Shown here one piece after another: positions 39,934-55,027 of a DNA stretch of 64,000 nucleotides (positions within the stretch are counted from its first letter, which is position 1; the number at the start of each line of letters is the position of its first letter). The translations under genes and the position numbers were made by a program. The stretch covers positions 50,778,001-50,842,000 of the forward strand of contig OZ024744.1 of assembly GCA_964016885.1 (NCBI GenBank). The letters are read 5' to 3'. The stretch is from Eledone cirrhosa (taxonomy: Eukaryota). Below the pieces are notes generated by a model. The model was not told where the DNA came from. It saw nothing but the letters and a program-made list of their open reading frames with translations, and ran no database searches.

Positions 39934-41599
39934 ACATATATATATATATATAGGACATGGCATATATATATACACATATATATATACACACACATATATA
40001 TATATATATATACAAATATATATATATACACCTATATAAACACATATATATATATATACAGAGAGAGAGAAAGAGACATACAAGTATATATATGTATGTG
40101 TGGTGTGTGTGTGTGGAACTGCATTTTGCCTAATTACTTTTCAAACTTGTGATGATTTTAATGAAATAAATTCCTGAAGAAACAATTGACCCTGTAATAG
40201 AAACTAAATACATAAATAACACCAAATAAAAGCCAATTGAAAAGAGAAATAATTTTGAAAATACCTGACCCTATCAAGAAGCTGTATGATATTTTGTTGT
40301 GTGTATTTAGTGATTGTTTATATGTCAAAATTAAATCTTTTGATAGCAACCCACTTGGAACCAGGCCTGGTCCTAAGATACAAAGCCGTTTATCTTAAAC
40401 TGCTTATATTTAGCTGAAAACAGGAAGTGTGTCATTTACTAAATCCCAAGGAATTCTTCATTATTTTCAAAATTATTTGAAAATAATAGTTAGTGTCTTT
40501 CATTAGAAATATGGTAACGAAAGGGTTAAAGTGTTCATATTTTTCTTAAAACCTACCATCCATAATTATATGTAAGAACCTTTGTTAAGTAATGTTCCAA
40601 ACACCAACATAATAATGAGAAAGTTAGTTATTCCCCCCAAATCCTCCATTATTTTCAAAATTCTTTGAACACCATAGATAAATTGGGGGAAAAATTACTT
40701 TTTCAACAGTCTACATTATCAGATCATTTAGAAAAGGTTGTAAGAAGTAAAAGTCTCCTCCATAGTGTATTAAACCTTAGACAAGACACTCCACTCTATA
40801 TGAATACATTAAGATATCTTAACCTTAGGCAGAAACTAGCAGAAAACTGCCCGATTTTTTACAGAACATGTTAAGTTAAACACACACTAATATAAAGAAA
40901 ATGCACTAACATATTTATGATATACAAATGAATGTTCATATAACCATCATAAAATCCATCAGAACTTCTTCATATTTTTTTTTTTTTTTTTTTTTTTTTG
41001 TAATTAACAATGCTACTGATTTCCTAATTTCCATCAAGATAATGTCCTAATCCCACAGTAGATTAATTTATTAGTAGATGGCATTAATCCACCTGAAACA
41101 AACATATTCATGTTGACACCCCCCCAAAACTATCACTGGTTTTCTGAAACAAAGCCATCCATTTTAAAGCGTTCCTATTTAAATGAAACACTTCCAATAT
41201 AATTTTAAATTGGAACCATATGTTAAGTTACTGTTTTAGTAATGAAGTAATAAATAATTTTAGTAAATTCCTCGAAATTCTTCATTGACCCTTTTGATAT
41301 CAACCCAGCCCAAAATCACCTCTGGATCTCTGAAACAAAACCATCTATTTTAAAGAGAGTTCTTATTTAAATTAAAACCACCATCCCACATAATTTTATA
41401 TAAGAACCACATGTTACTATTTGAGTAATGAAATCATTAATAATTTTAGTAAATTTCTCAAAACTCTTCATTAACTAATTGAAATAAAGTGTATTTCATT
41501 AGATATAAGTTTTTTGTTTTTTTTTAATGTTGTAAGGACCTGCAATCTCCCACAGTACCCACCTAAACTATGACTTACAGTTTTAAACTAACACCTATG

Positions 41600-41920
41600 C
41601 ACACTACCACATACACTACACAACCACCTACACTACACTACCACCTACACTATATTACCACATACACTACACGACCACCTACACTACATTACCACATACA
41701 CTACACTACCACCTACACTATATTACCACATACACTACACTACCACCTACACTACATTATCACATACACTACACGACCACCTACACTACATTACCACATA
41801 CACTACACTACCACCTACACTATATTACCACATACACTGCACTACCACATACACTGCTACCTAACTACACTACTACCTACAAACATTATCACCTACACTA
41901 CCACACTACCACCTACATTA
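41600..41920. repeat. CACTA/CTACA-rich minisatellite with an internal ~100-bp duplication
   Basis: Read directly; the duplication appears as the repeated TYTTRPPTLHYHIHYTTTYTILPHTLHYH in ORF 41570..42064. Confidence 0.85.
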
Positions 41921-43715
41921 GCAACACCACATCAAAACTATTTCCTGGACATTATTTTAGTTTATTTTTCTTTATTACACTTTTTATCATTGAAATTAAT
42001 CATTATCTTTATAATTGTTATAATATATATCTGTTGTTGTTGCTATTATTATTTTATTCTTTAACTGGTTTCAATCAGTAGACTCTGGTCATGCTGGAGT
42101 ACCACTTTCAGTTAGACAATCATATCAACCCCAGTACTTATTCTTTTCAACTACTGGTACTTTATTTTAAGCATCACATTTTGTCAAGCTGCTAAAATCA
42201 TCATCATCATTTAAAACCCATTTTTCCCTGCTAGCATGGGTTGGCCAGTACTGAAGCAGAGCAACTAACCTCTTGGATGACCTTGAGCATGCTTCTCACA
42301 TATGTTCCTGCACACTTTCCATATACCCATGACAACATACTTATCTTCTTTCCTGCTCCCCAACTCCTTCCTGCAGAGCAGATCACTTCTTTAATGTTGG
42401 TGCCATGAAAATGAACCAAGTACGTCCTATCAGGTGGTAACCATGCCAAAAAGGGTTGAGAAAACCCTTCAGTTATATCAATGACATGACAACCTCTGTA
42501 ATGTTGGTAATCCACATGATAAATGCACCCAGTTCACTCTATAAAGTGGCTGGTGATAGGAAGGGCATCCAATTGTAGAAAGCTTACTAAACGATGAAAT
42601 GGGAGGATCATTCAGTTGTGTCAATGTTGTGACAACCTCACTAGTGTTGGTGATAGGAAGGACATCCAGCAATAGAAAACATGCCAAACGAAGGGTCAGG
42701 AGGACCATTCAGTTCTGACAAAATCATGACAACATCCTTAGTGCTGGTGTTATGATAAAATGCATTCAGTAGCAAGGCTTCATAATTGTCCCTTCTCTGA
42801 GTTCAAATCTCACTGAGGTTGATAAATGGCTTTCCCGCATACCCTCACCCACCCACCAAAATTACTGGCCTAGTACACATTTTAGAAACACTTGTTACTA
42901 TTGCAATTATTATTATGTAAGAGTGGTGGATTGGCAGTATCGGTAGAGCATTGGACAAAATTTTTTGCAGCATAGAGTTGCGTCCCTTTACATTCTGGGT
43001 TCCAATCCCACCAAGGTTAACTTTGCATTTCATTCTTACGGGGTCGATAAAATAAAGTAGTCACACACTGGGGTCAATTTAATTGACTTTCCCCCTCCCC
43101 CCAAATTGTTGGCCGTGTGCCTATATAAAATACCATTATTATTATTGTGCCAAAAGTAGAAACAATTATTATTATATAGGAACACCCAGTCCACACTGTA
43201 AATGTGGTTGGTGTTAGGAAGGGCATCCAGCCATAGAAAACCTGCCAGAAACAGTTCTATTTTAGTGGATGCGGCCACCCGAACAATCTTGCCTCAAGTG
43301 GGACAAACCCGTCTAAACCCATGCTAGTATAGAAGATGGACATTAATCAATGATGACGATGAAGAACAGGGGATTGGCAGTATTTAGTTACAACTTTCTA
43401 CATTCCAAGTTCCCATCCTGCTGAGGTCAACTTTGACTTTCATCCTTCTGTGGTCAATGAAATAAAGTACCAGTAAGATACTGGGGTCGATATTGTCAAC
43501 TTTCCCCTTCCTCCAAATTGTTGGACTTGTGCTAATGTTAGAAAGAATTATTAATATGTATTTCTTTTTTGTCTCTTTTTTTGTTGTTGTTATTGTTAAA
43601 TTTTTGTGACTAAAAATGCTTTTCTTATAATTTCATTTGTTTTTCTTTTCTTTTTTTTTCCTCTTCCTCCTCATCCTTCTCCTCCACCTCCTCTTCCTGT
43701 CTTTAATGTTTCCAG

Positions 43716-43757
43716 TTTACCGAGAGATATCGTGAGCAAAGAAACATTCTTAAGAAG
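43716..43757 (+). CDS. Candidate 42-nt phase 0/0 cassette exon of the neurobeachin gene (FTERYREQRNILKK)
   Basis: Long polypyrimidine tract plus TTTCCAG acceptor, an open frame of 14 codons, and a weak AAG|GTTCAT donor. No homology could be confirmed. Confidence 0.35.
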
Positions 43758-43866
43758 GTTCATGGGACATTTTTGTTTCTGCTTTTTATTTTTAATTCAC
43801 TTTAACTTATTTTTATTTATTTATAGTTTTAAAAAAAAACCAGCTCTCTCTCTCTCTCTCTATCAT

Positions 43867-43931
<65 letters not shown>

Positions 43932-46900
43932 TATATATCTTTTACTAAGCTTACTTGTCACTTAATGCTTTACTTACAGCATTAATATTTCTTCTTTTCT
44001 AACCAAACTTTTTTTTATTTGTCCACAATATATGAACACCAGAAGATTAAGATGAACACAACACAATTTAAATACAACATCAATAACAACAACATTGGCA
44101 AAAGCAACAAATAATATCATAAGTAGATTTTGGAAGTCATGTAAAGAATAAGACAACCTCTCTGGTACTGGTGACACAATGAAATACACCCAGTACACTC
44201 TGTAAAATGGTTGGTGTTAGGATCCAGCTGTGGATATCATGCTAAACAATGGTTTGAGAGGACTCTGCGGTTGTTTCAAAGACATGACAACCTTTCTATT
44301 ACTAGTGGCATATTACACCAGTATACACTGTAAAGTGGATGGCATTAAAAAGAGCATCCAGCCATGGGCCCCAACTCATCTAGGCAGACAATAGCTCCGG
44401 TTAAGTACTGACTAGATCTGTGAAGGCACCTGACAGTGGTTAGTGAATTGCGCTTGCAATCCGAAGGTTGTGAGTTCAATTCCAGGACAGAGCAATGCAA
44501 TATGTCCTTGAGCAAGACACTTTATTTCACATTGCTCTTTCTGCCAGGAGTTGTGACCAGTAGGTATTATCATCAATGAAAACCTTGTTTTGTTTTTTTT
44601 TCTCCAATTGGACAAGTTCTACCCCATTCGGTAAGCAAATGAGGTCTGGGATTTTGTGATTGATTCCTTTGGTCTGTAACAAACCATCTAACCCACACCA
44701 ACATGAAAAAGCAGATGTTAAATCATGATAACGTTGATACAGATGATTGAAATGGAATGAAAGATATGTTTTAAAATATAAGCAACAACATCAGAAATAA
44801 TTAACCCTTCCATTACTATAGTTGTATTAAAAAACAGTATCTCCTATGGCTTGTCAAATAACTTTAGAAATTATCAAGAATCTGGAAGGATTTAGTAATA
44901 TAACAAACTTATTAAGTTGGTGTTTGGAACATAATTTAGCAATGGTTCTTATATAAAATTATGATGGAAGGATTTTAGATAAATATGAACACTTTAACAA
45001 TCATCACCTTATTCATTACTATATTTCTAATGAAAGATACAGCCATATAACTTTCAAATAATTTTGAAAATAATCAAGATTTTGGTATGTTTTAGTAATA
45101 TAACTAACTTTAGTTCATTATTAAATTGGTGTTTGGAACATAACTTAAAGGTTCTTACATAAGATTGTGGTGGACAGTTTTTAGACAAATATAAACACCT
45201 TACAATAAACAGTTTTGTACTGTAGAACAGGTAGTATGGTAATACAAGTGTTAAATTCTGATATTAAAAAAATATTATTCTTGCAACTTTTTGAATTAAA
45301 CTGTGTGTGTGGAATTCAGTCAACAGGAGCTGCTAAAGTCTATCATATGTGTGTGTGTGTGTTTATGTTTCTGTCCTGTAACTTAGTAGTTTGACAAAAA
45401 GAGATCAATAAATAAGTACCAGGCTTGAAAAAAAAAAAAAAGGCCACATGAGGATGGAAGAATGATGATGATTGTGATGGTTGGGAGGTGGTAAGAAACT
45501 CAAAAAGCCAGTAAGAGAAGAAATCCCCCTCCCCCCCAAACAAGTGTTTTGGCCCTTAACTTCTAAATATATGTATAAATGGCACTTTTGTACAGATATA
45601 CAAACTTAATGTGAAAGTCAAAATTTCTCTTTCTTTTCACATTGACTTTGTATATCTATACAAAGTTCCAAGTGACTGGCATTTGTCCAAGATATCATGC
45701 TGTAGGTTTGAACCTAGGACCTCATGATTGCAAAACACTTATCTTTTTTTTAAACTGTTAAGGTGGAATTTGAGAGAGATTTGACTTATATTTCTAGCAG
45801 TCCAAGTGACTACATAGAGGCTCCCACTTGAGATAGTTGTGTACATAATTTTTATTATATGTAGTGTAATGTATTTGTTTTTTTATATTTGGTTACTTTA
45901 CTCACTGTGATTGTTCACTCAAAGAACTGGAGGTTAATTTACTTAGGTAATTAACACTGGATATAAAATAATTAATTAAATCAGACACATACTTCAGTTA
46001 TTAGATAAATGTTAGGAATTATGGATTAGACTTAAATTATATTGAATAAACCTTATTGGTGGAATGGTTGAATGTTGTACTGAGTGCCCTACTATATTTA
46101 GTTATGTCCCTTTTGACACTCAGTCAACCTTTCTCTTACTCTCCTTCCTTGGGAGAGGGGGGGATCAATAAAATGTATAGATATACTTCCTTTTAGATAT
46201 GTAGAAGGCAAATACTGTTGAATATTAAATTGATGTAAATATGTGTTGCCTTGTCAAAGTCATAATAAAAAATGTTTTAACCCTTTTGATATGAAAGCAC
46301 CTGAAACCAGGCCTGGCTCTACAATACAAGGCTGTTTATTTTAGACTGTTTACATGGTCTAAAAATGTTTCATCATAATTCTATATAAGACTTTTTGTTA
46401 AGTTATATTCCAAACACTAACATCAAAATTATTTATTAAAAATATGGTTGCAAAATAGTTAAAGGGTCAAATTTGAAATCTGGCCCTATTCCTATTTGTA
46501 GGTGGATTGACTTAACCTTTTCATGACAAATATTTCAATAAATTAATGAAGAATTTTGAGAGATTTACTAAAATTATTAATTATTTTATTAGTAAGATAG
46601 TAATTTAATATGTTGTTGTTATATAAAATTATAAGGCGGCGGATTGACAGAGTAGTTAGAACGTCAGATAGAATGGGTTGTGGTATTCATTTCCACTCTC
46701 TACTCTCTGAGTTCAAATCCCGCTGAAGTCAACTTAGCCTTTCATCCTCTTGAGGTTGATAAAAAAAAAAAGTACTAGTCAAGTACTGGGGTCGGATTTT
46801 CCTCAATATCTCTTTCTCAATTCTATTCTCTCACTCTCCCTATCCTTCTCTGGAAGAAATCTGCTGTGTTCAAACCTGGAGATGGATGGACTTCACCAGG

Positions 46901-47879
46901 TTTAAAAAATGCCCTAGAAACGCTGCACCCTGATGACTCCCTCAGAAGTTACTGGACTGTGCATGCATATAAAACTATATTCAAAGATTTCAATTCAAAT
47001 AGAATCCCTTATAATGGATGATTTTGTTTCATAGAACCCACAAAACCATAGCTGATTTTTGGCCAGGTTAATATCAAAAGATTTAATAAAGATTTTTTAG
47101 GTATTTACTAAAAGTATTAATTATTTAATTAATAAGATAGTAACTTAACATATGGTTCATCATGATTATCATCATCATCATCGTTTAACATCCATTTTAC
47201 CATGCTAGCAGGGGTTAGATGAGTTGTCCCGCTATTACACAAGCCAGATTAGATGGCCATGTCTTGCTCATACAGAACTATTTCTGGCTTGGTTTCTATG
47301 GCTGGATGCTCTTCCTAATGCCTACCACATTTACACTGTGGACTTAGTAAAAATAACGGTGGAAGAATTTCATTTAAATAGGAACCTTCTCAAATAGGTG
47401 GTTTTGTTTCAGGGAACTAGATCTTCTTTTAAGCTGGGTTAGTATCAAAGGAGTTTATAATTCAAATAATTCTGTAATTATCATAAATTTTACATCCATT
47501 CTACGCCCTTGGGAGCTACTGAGTCAACAATGTAGGTAATGCCAGCTCTGCCTTGTACACACAAATACACACAGACATATATATATATATATATATTGTT
47601 GTATTTACATTTTCTCTGCTTCATCTTAAATTAATCCAGCATTTCAACTAATACTCTAAACACTGATATCTGCACATATGAGTAACTATATGTATGTGTG
47701 TGTGTGTGTGTGTATTTGTATGTATATGTGTGTAGGGGAATGTATACTGTATACATGTGTGTGTTTGCATAGATATATGTTTGTATGTATGTGTATATAT
47801 ATATATATATACACACAAACGTGTTTGCATTCATATATGTATGTATGTATGTGCATATATATATATATATATATACAAT

Positions 47880-48072
47880 AAAGATAGACGGTAGTCACGG
47901 AATAGGCAGACCTAGAAAAACCTGGGACGAGCTGATAAACTCCGACATCACACACTTACACCTCTCCAAGACAATGTCACTGGACCGAGACCTTTGGCGG
48001 TACTCAGTAACAGAGAAGACCCGCCTTACCTAAATATATAGTAAAACCTACTCCAGCCAGTAGGCATCTCTA
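47880..48072 (+). mobile_element. RTE LINE C-terminal fragment
   Basis: Encodes IDGSHGIGRPRKTWDELINSDITHLHLSKTMSLDRDLWRYSVTEKTRLT*. Confidence 0.85.
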
Positions 48073-48359
48073 ACAAAATACAGAGAGAAAGACAGAGAGA
48101 GAGAAAAGAGGGAAATAAGAAAGAAAGACAAAACGAAGAAAAGGAAGAAAAAGAAGAAAAAGAAAAAGAAGAAATGCATGGGACAAAATAGAGAGATGGA
48201 AAAATAGATAAAGCGAAGAGCTTCATGTAAAGAGACAGAAAGAGATATATATATATAGAGAGAGAGAGAGAGGAAATAGAGATAGATACATATATAAATA
48301 TAGATATAGAAAAATTAGGTAGTGGGAGGTCATTTTGAGTAAGTGTATCAATGATGCAT

Positions 48360-48394
<35 letters not shown>

Positions 48395-49477
48395 GCTCAA
48401 GTATTAATGTAAGGGAGATATATAGAGAGATATAGAGAGAGAAAAAATTTAAAAATAGCCAGACATATTCGAGGCGTAGAAAACCCTATGTTTTAATGTA
48501 TTAGTATTTATAAAACTTACACTATATTGTAAATATCAGTATTCCTGAATGAAACAAGTATTCACAATGCGTGAAAATTCATTATCTTATGTTTAGTTTT
48601 TTAAAAAATTCATATGTCTATGTGAATCCAACTGATTCACTCCGCAAATTCAAAGTTACCGGAAAACATTCTCAATGTGGTATAAAAATTTGAGCGTATT
48701 ATTATTCTTGCGATTACTCTACAAGATTATCTATCAAGCAGAAATAGAGAGCAGATTTCAATATACTAATCGAAAATATATATTATATTATAAGCAGAGA
48801 TAACAATAATAATGATAATAAGTAAAAATATATAAAAATATAAAAATATAGAATAGAAAACTAAAAAAGAATATTACGAAAGAATATTACATAATAAAAA
48901 TATTGCATATTAAAAATACTACGTATTAAAAATATTACGTATTAAAACTTTACATATAAAAATATTAAAAATAAAAATTTACATATAAAAATATTAAAAA
49001 TAAAAATAAAATAAAATAAAAAATAAAAATATTATAGAATACTACAATACTAAAAGAATAAAAATAAAAATAAAAATAAAAATAAAAATGAAAATAAAAA
49101 TAAACCACAAAGAACAACCCTTCAAAGTTAATTGACAATATATTGCCAAGTTCACTACAAGACAAAGCCAAAAATTATCTATCAAATCACATCTAGCAAG
49201 GAATATCGCAAAAAAGATTATGATGTCCAATAATGTCTACATATGTTCCTATATTTAATATATAAGTTTATCAAGTGTAAGGTTAATTCAAAAAATTTGG
49301 AGCATCGGCTTTTAGGGTAGCTTAATTTTTCATGAGGAATGTTTAGATAAAAATAAAAATAAAAATAAAAATAAATAAAATAAAATAATAAAAAGAGTAA
49401 AAAGAGGGAATCAAAGATTTAGGAATCAAAAGATTTATCGGCTAGTTCTCATATAAATATAAATCAAACTAAATATA

Positions 49478-50030
49478 CTACATTTTAAATTTAAATTTAT
49501 ATTTAAACGTTGAGTTTAATCTATGTTTGCAACAACTGAATAAATTTGTCCGTAGGTTAAGGGAATTTTTAGATTTTAGTATAAAGAATATCTCCTCTGC
49601 GCAGAGGTCACATGTCTCAGAGGATGAATTAAAAGGAATCCCTCTTGAGACTATATTCCAAGCCGTCGAATATCTAACGTTATCTAGCTTAAGTTGCCAG
49701 AGTACACCTGATAGTGCCGTTGAAGATTTTTTATTTGGATCTGTGAAAGAATTCTTGTGGTTATTATAGCGAAGTTTAAATTCCGTCGATGTGGAACCGA
49801 CGTAGTTAAAAGAATTAGAGTCAGTATTAACATTACAATTGTATACTATATTTTTAACTAAGCAGTTGTTATTTAACGGACATTTAGATCTATCTCTACA
49901 GTTACATTTGTTAACTTGTATATTATTTATGCTATTATCAATAGGTTTTAAGTTCCTATTATTTATTCTATTAATATTTTGTGCTAAATATTGTAAATAT
50001 ACTCCAAGTATTTGTCGAGTGCTTTTATAT
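49478..50030 (-). mobile_element. Penelope-like GIY-YIG endonuclease fragment (open frame without ATG, absent from the ORF track)
   Basis: Reads KCNCRDRSKCPLNNNCLVKNIVYNCNVNTDSNSFNYVGSTSTEFKLRYNNHKNSF...TALSGVLWQLK...WNIV...CDLCAEEIFFI...LNLRTNLFSCCKHRL; paralogous to 548-1041. Confidence 0.9.
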
Positions 50031-50104
50031 CAGTTATAAATATTTACTAGTTGTAACCCAACAATTTTAAATATAACTTTACATGTATATATATATATAT
50101 ATAT

Positions 50105-51080
50105 ATCATCATCATCACCGTTTTACGTCCGTTCTTCCACGCTAGCATGGGTTAGACGGGTTATCCTGTTGTGGGTAGTGTCCGGTCGGCTGACCTTGTC
50201 TTGCTCATACAGGAATTGATTCTGGCTTGATTTCTACAGCTGGATGCCCTTCCTAACACCAACCTCATTTACAGTGAGTGCTGGGTGCTTTTTTTCCATG
50301 GCACCTCCACGTCCACTTTACAGTGTAGCTGGGTGCTTTTTTGCCATAGCACCTCCACGACCACCTTGCAGTGGGAGGGTGTGGGGGCATATTGTCTAGA
50401 TGCTTCAGCTTGTACCCATGGGAGGTCAGGTACTCTGTATTACTGCGTGACGCCAGAGGTCACGGTCGTGTATCATCGCCTTTGAGAGGTGTAATTGGGT
50501 AAGGTCGGCTTTTATCACCTCATCCCAGGTCTTCTTGGGTCTCCCCACTCCGCAGTTTCCATCGACTTCTAGTGCTCTGCACCTTTTTATGCAGCTGTCA
50601 TCCTTCATACGCATCACATGTTCATACCAATGCACACAGCATTTGATTCCTCTTATGCTCAGTCTCTCTCTCAATTCATTTATGCTTTGCCGTTTGTGTA
50701 TATTATTACTATTACATATCCAACGGAGCATGAAGGCTTCGTTTCTCTCTAATCTACGTAAGTCTTCCACAGACAGCGCCCAGGTCTCACTACCATGTAA
50801 CATTGCTGTTCGTATACACGCATCATACAGTCTGCCTTTCATTTTGAAGGAAAAGCCTTTTGCAGCTAGCAGTGGCAGTAGCTCCCTGAACTTCTTCCAT
50901 CCCATTCTTACTCTAGTTATTGTACTTTCCGAACACCCACCTCCACTGCTAATTTGGTCACCTAGGTAGCAGAAGCTGTCTACTGTTTCTACAGAGCCCT
51001 CCCAGAGATTGGTGGTACTTGTTTCCTGTGGCTGTTTGCTGCTTGCTGTCCCAGCACAGCTGCTACATGTGAAACCTACA
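50105..51080 (-). mobile_element. RTE LINE 3' fragment with complete 3'UTR and (GAT)n tail
   Basis: ORF 50426..50905 reads GWKKFRELLPLL...MLHGSETW...GRPKKTW. The UTR carries tandem ~47-bp modules. Further UTR copies at 54612-54965 and 61410-61523. Confidence 0.92.
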
Positions 51081-51088
51081 TTCTTAGT

Positions 51089-51159
<71 letters not shown>

Positions 51160-51221
51160 TATATATATACATCATCATATATATACATCATCATATATAT
51201 ATACATCATCATATATATATA

Positions 51222-51289
<68 letters not shown>

Positions 51290-52083
51290 TATATATATAC
51301 ATCATCATATATATACATCATCATATATATATACATCATCATATATATATACATCATCATATATATATATACATCATCATATATATATACATCATATATA
51401 TATATATATAGAGAGAGAGGTGTATGCATATGTGCATGTATATCTATATATTTGTACATGTATATCTTCATATTTATCAAAACTAATTATTGATTTCTCA
51501 TCATTCACACATTCGGATTTGTTTTGTTATTTATGTTTTATATATATATATATATATATAATCATCATCATTTTACGTCATTTTTTTTTTTTAATTGACA
51601 TGAAATGGTGATGATGATTTTATATATATATATAGAGAGAGAGAGATGAATACATATATCCATATGTACTTGATGGCTAAGAGAAAAGAGTCCTTAATAC
51701 CGATGTATAGTTTTAATATTCATTTTCTTAAGGCTGTTTAGACAGGTGAAACTCCAACGTAACTAGATTCACTATTTCGACTTAATAAAGGGAAGGAACA
51801 TATATGTATATATATATGTGTAATAGGTAAACAGAAATAACAACACAATCAGTACAGTATATGCAAGGAATATATTAGGTTAACGCTTGAAATAGCAGGA
51901 AGAGGATCTTAACGTTTCGGACACTAGTCCTATAGATACACATATATATATATACATGTGTACATATATATGTATATACATATATATATATATATAATTA
52001 CATATATTTATATATATATATGTATATACACGCACACACACATATGAATATATATTTATACATATATATATTTATATTTATAC

Positions 52084-52443
<360 letters not shown>

Positions 52444-52880
52444 ATACTTTCACTCGTGTAGGACACCTCGGTTATTTTTCATTTTGTAAAGAAAACCTCA
52501 CTTTCTAATATATATATATACTCACATATATCTATATCTATACACATATATATATATAGTTGTTGTAAGGTTGCAATAAATGCGTCCGTAGGCGGTATGC
52601 CATTTGAGCACTCGATGCTCACGCGGAGCAGGGTATATACTTATAGATAACGAGGAATCAGTGATGCCTTAAAACACAATTTAATAACATATTACACACA
52701 CACACATACACTCACATTCACACTCACACACACAAATACACAGTAATTCTCCAATAGTCATGACCTGGATGCGGCCCAGAGCCCTTATAGTGTAAAAAGT
52801 TAAAAGCCAAAGCACCCGCTTGTGGAGATTTCTTCTTTGAAGACCTTTTGCCGTCCAGTTCTCCTCACAGTTTCTTATCA

Positions 52881-52923
<43 letters not shown>

Positions 52924-53219
52924 TATATATTATATATTAAATATATATATATTATGTATTAAATATATATATATCATCATCATCATCATCGTTTAACATC
53001 TATCTTCCACGCTAGAATTGGTTTAGACAGGAATTGTCCCACTTGAGGCAAGATTGGTCAGGAGACCGTGTCTCGCTTGTATAGGACTGTCTGGCAGGTT
53101 TTCTATTAAATATATATGTATATTAAATAGTAATAATAATAAATGTGAAGACTAAAATCCAAAGAGGGCTCGATAAGGATAAATATATATCAGATATATA
53201 AGAACCCTAGAGCAAATAT

Positions 53220-53792
53220 TTATTAAAATAACAGTTTAAGCAAAGAATCACTGCTTTCACCTTTAACGGCAACTTCTGAAACTAAAAAAAATCAATCTGT
53301 GAATGCATTGCAACCGAAGGAAAACAGAAAGACAATACTTTGGTTCCTGAAGACGTTCTGTGGCAATGAATGGAAAAAAGTGAAGATAATACGTCGTTAT
53401 GTGGAGCGACGAGAACAAATACACGAAAAGACAATTTTCGTTCATTGCCATTTTCGTTCAACTTATTTATTTACATTATTCTTAACTCTGAAGCCGAGAA
53501 TCATTCGGTTTCCTAAATAGAATATTAGTCTAATGACTCCATTTATACCATAAATGTGGTTTTGTCTTTGCGTGTAATTGTTCTCATCGCTCCACATAAC
53601 GACGTAATTATCTTCGCTTTTTTTCCGTTCATTGCCAGGGAACGTCTTCACGAACCAAAGTATTGTTTTCCTGTTTTCGTTTGGTTACAACGTTTTTCGA
53701 AATATTTACTTCTGAGTTCACAGATTGATTGTACCCGTTAAGGGGGAAAACAGCAATTCTTTGCTTAAACTTTAATCTGTTATTTTAATAAA
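53220..53792. mobile_element. Foldback element (long form, ~570 bp)
   Basis: Termini are shared with 36467-36580 and 55028-55165. The inner arms (..TACTTTGGTTC.TGAAGACGTTC..TGGCAATGAA..CGTCGTTATGTGGAGCGA.GAGAACAA) are mirrored. Confidence 0.82.
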
Positions 53793-53974
53793 TATATATA
53801 TATATATTAAATATATATAAATATGTGTGTATTTGTGTATATATCAATGTGTGTATATATATGTTAAGAAGTGCGTTAGCAGCCAATGCGTACGATAAAG
53901 GTGTCTTAACATATATATACACACATATATATATACAGAACGGGTTACCGAGACTGCAGCAATGTGTATATAAA

Positions 53975-54546
53975 TATACATATTTAATATGTAAACATTA
54001 TAAGCATGTCAGAAATATGAATTCCCCTCATAAACTTTAATAAATAATAAAGACCTTTAATCAATTTCAAACTGGGTTCGGTCTTAATCAGAAGTTGGGT
54101 ATATCTTCTAAACAACAATACCCATTCTCTCTTAGTAGTATTCTGAAATGGACGTACTAATTTGCATATAATTATCACATGTGTTGACAGTTTATTAAAA
54201 ACTATGTCAAGCAGCCGAAGTGTACGATAGTGTTATAGCTGTGTATATACAGAGTGGGTATGGATATACACATTTTTATATATAGACCTGTAAGCCAGAT
54301 ATACAAATTCCACAGTGAATTGAAAAAAAATTAACTACCAGCATAAGCTCTATTTATATACAAATTAGTATGTCCATTTCAGAATACTACTATTATGAGC
54401 GAATGGGTTGTTTATATGATATACACACCTTTTGAAGAAGATCCAATTAGGTCAAAAAATTGATTAAAGGTGCTTGTCATTTTTTTCAATTTACTGGGAA
54501 ATTTGTACTTCCTGATATGTTTGCATACCTACATACTTAAAATGTG
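53975..54546. mobile_element. Diverged long inverted repeat, MITE/foldback-like
   Basis: TAGTAGTATTCTGAAATGGAC.TACTAATTTG.ATATAA (~54135-54171) is mirrored at ~54354-54391, with weaker similarity outwards. Confidence 0.65.
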
Positions 54547-55027
54547 TATATTTATATACATATAGTTCAGTCTCAGTTAGCCACTCTCTATATATGCAGA
54601 TATAACTTTATATCATCATCATCATCATCACCGTTTTACGTCCGTTCTTCCACGCTAGCATGGGTTAGACGGGTTGTCCTGTTGTGGGCAGTGTCTGGTC
54701 GGCTGACCATGCCTTGCTCATACAGGAACTGATCTGGCTTGATTTCTACAGCTGGATGCCCTTCCTAACACCAACCTCATTTACAGTGAGTGCTGGGTGC
54801 TTTTTCGTGGCGCCTACACGTCCACTTTACAGTGTGGGCTGGGTGCTTTTTTGCCGTGGCACCTCCACGACCACCTTGCGGTGGGGGGGGGGGGGGCATA
54901 TTGTTTATATGCTTCAGCATGTACCCATGGGAGGTCGGGTACCCTGTATTACTGCGTGACGCCAGAATACTAAGGCAAAGTCATTGGATAGGAACAAAAA
55001 TCTTTTACCTTTTTCCCATATATATAT

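Noticed and set aside
41570-42064. 164-aa Thr/His/Tyr-rich ORF
   Set aside because: Translation of a low-complexity minisatellite followed by AT-rich sequence.
51901-51932. Hammerhead half (minus strand GGAC-UAGU-GUCC-GAAACGUU)
   Set aside because: The CUGANGA box is missing and replaced by microsatellite, so it cannot be a complete ribozyme.
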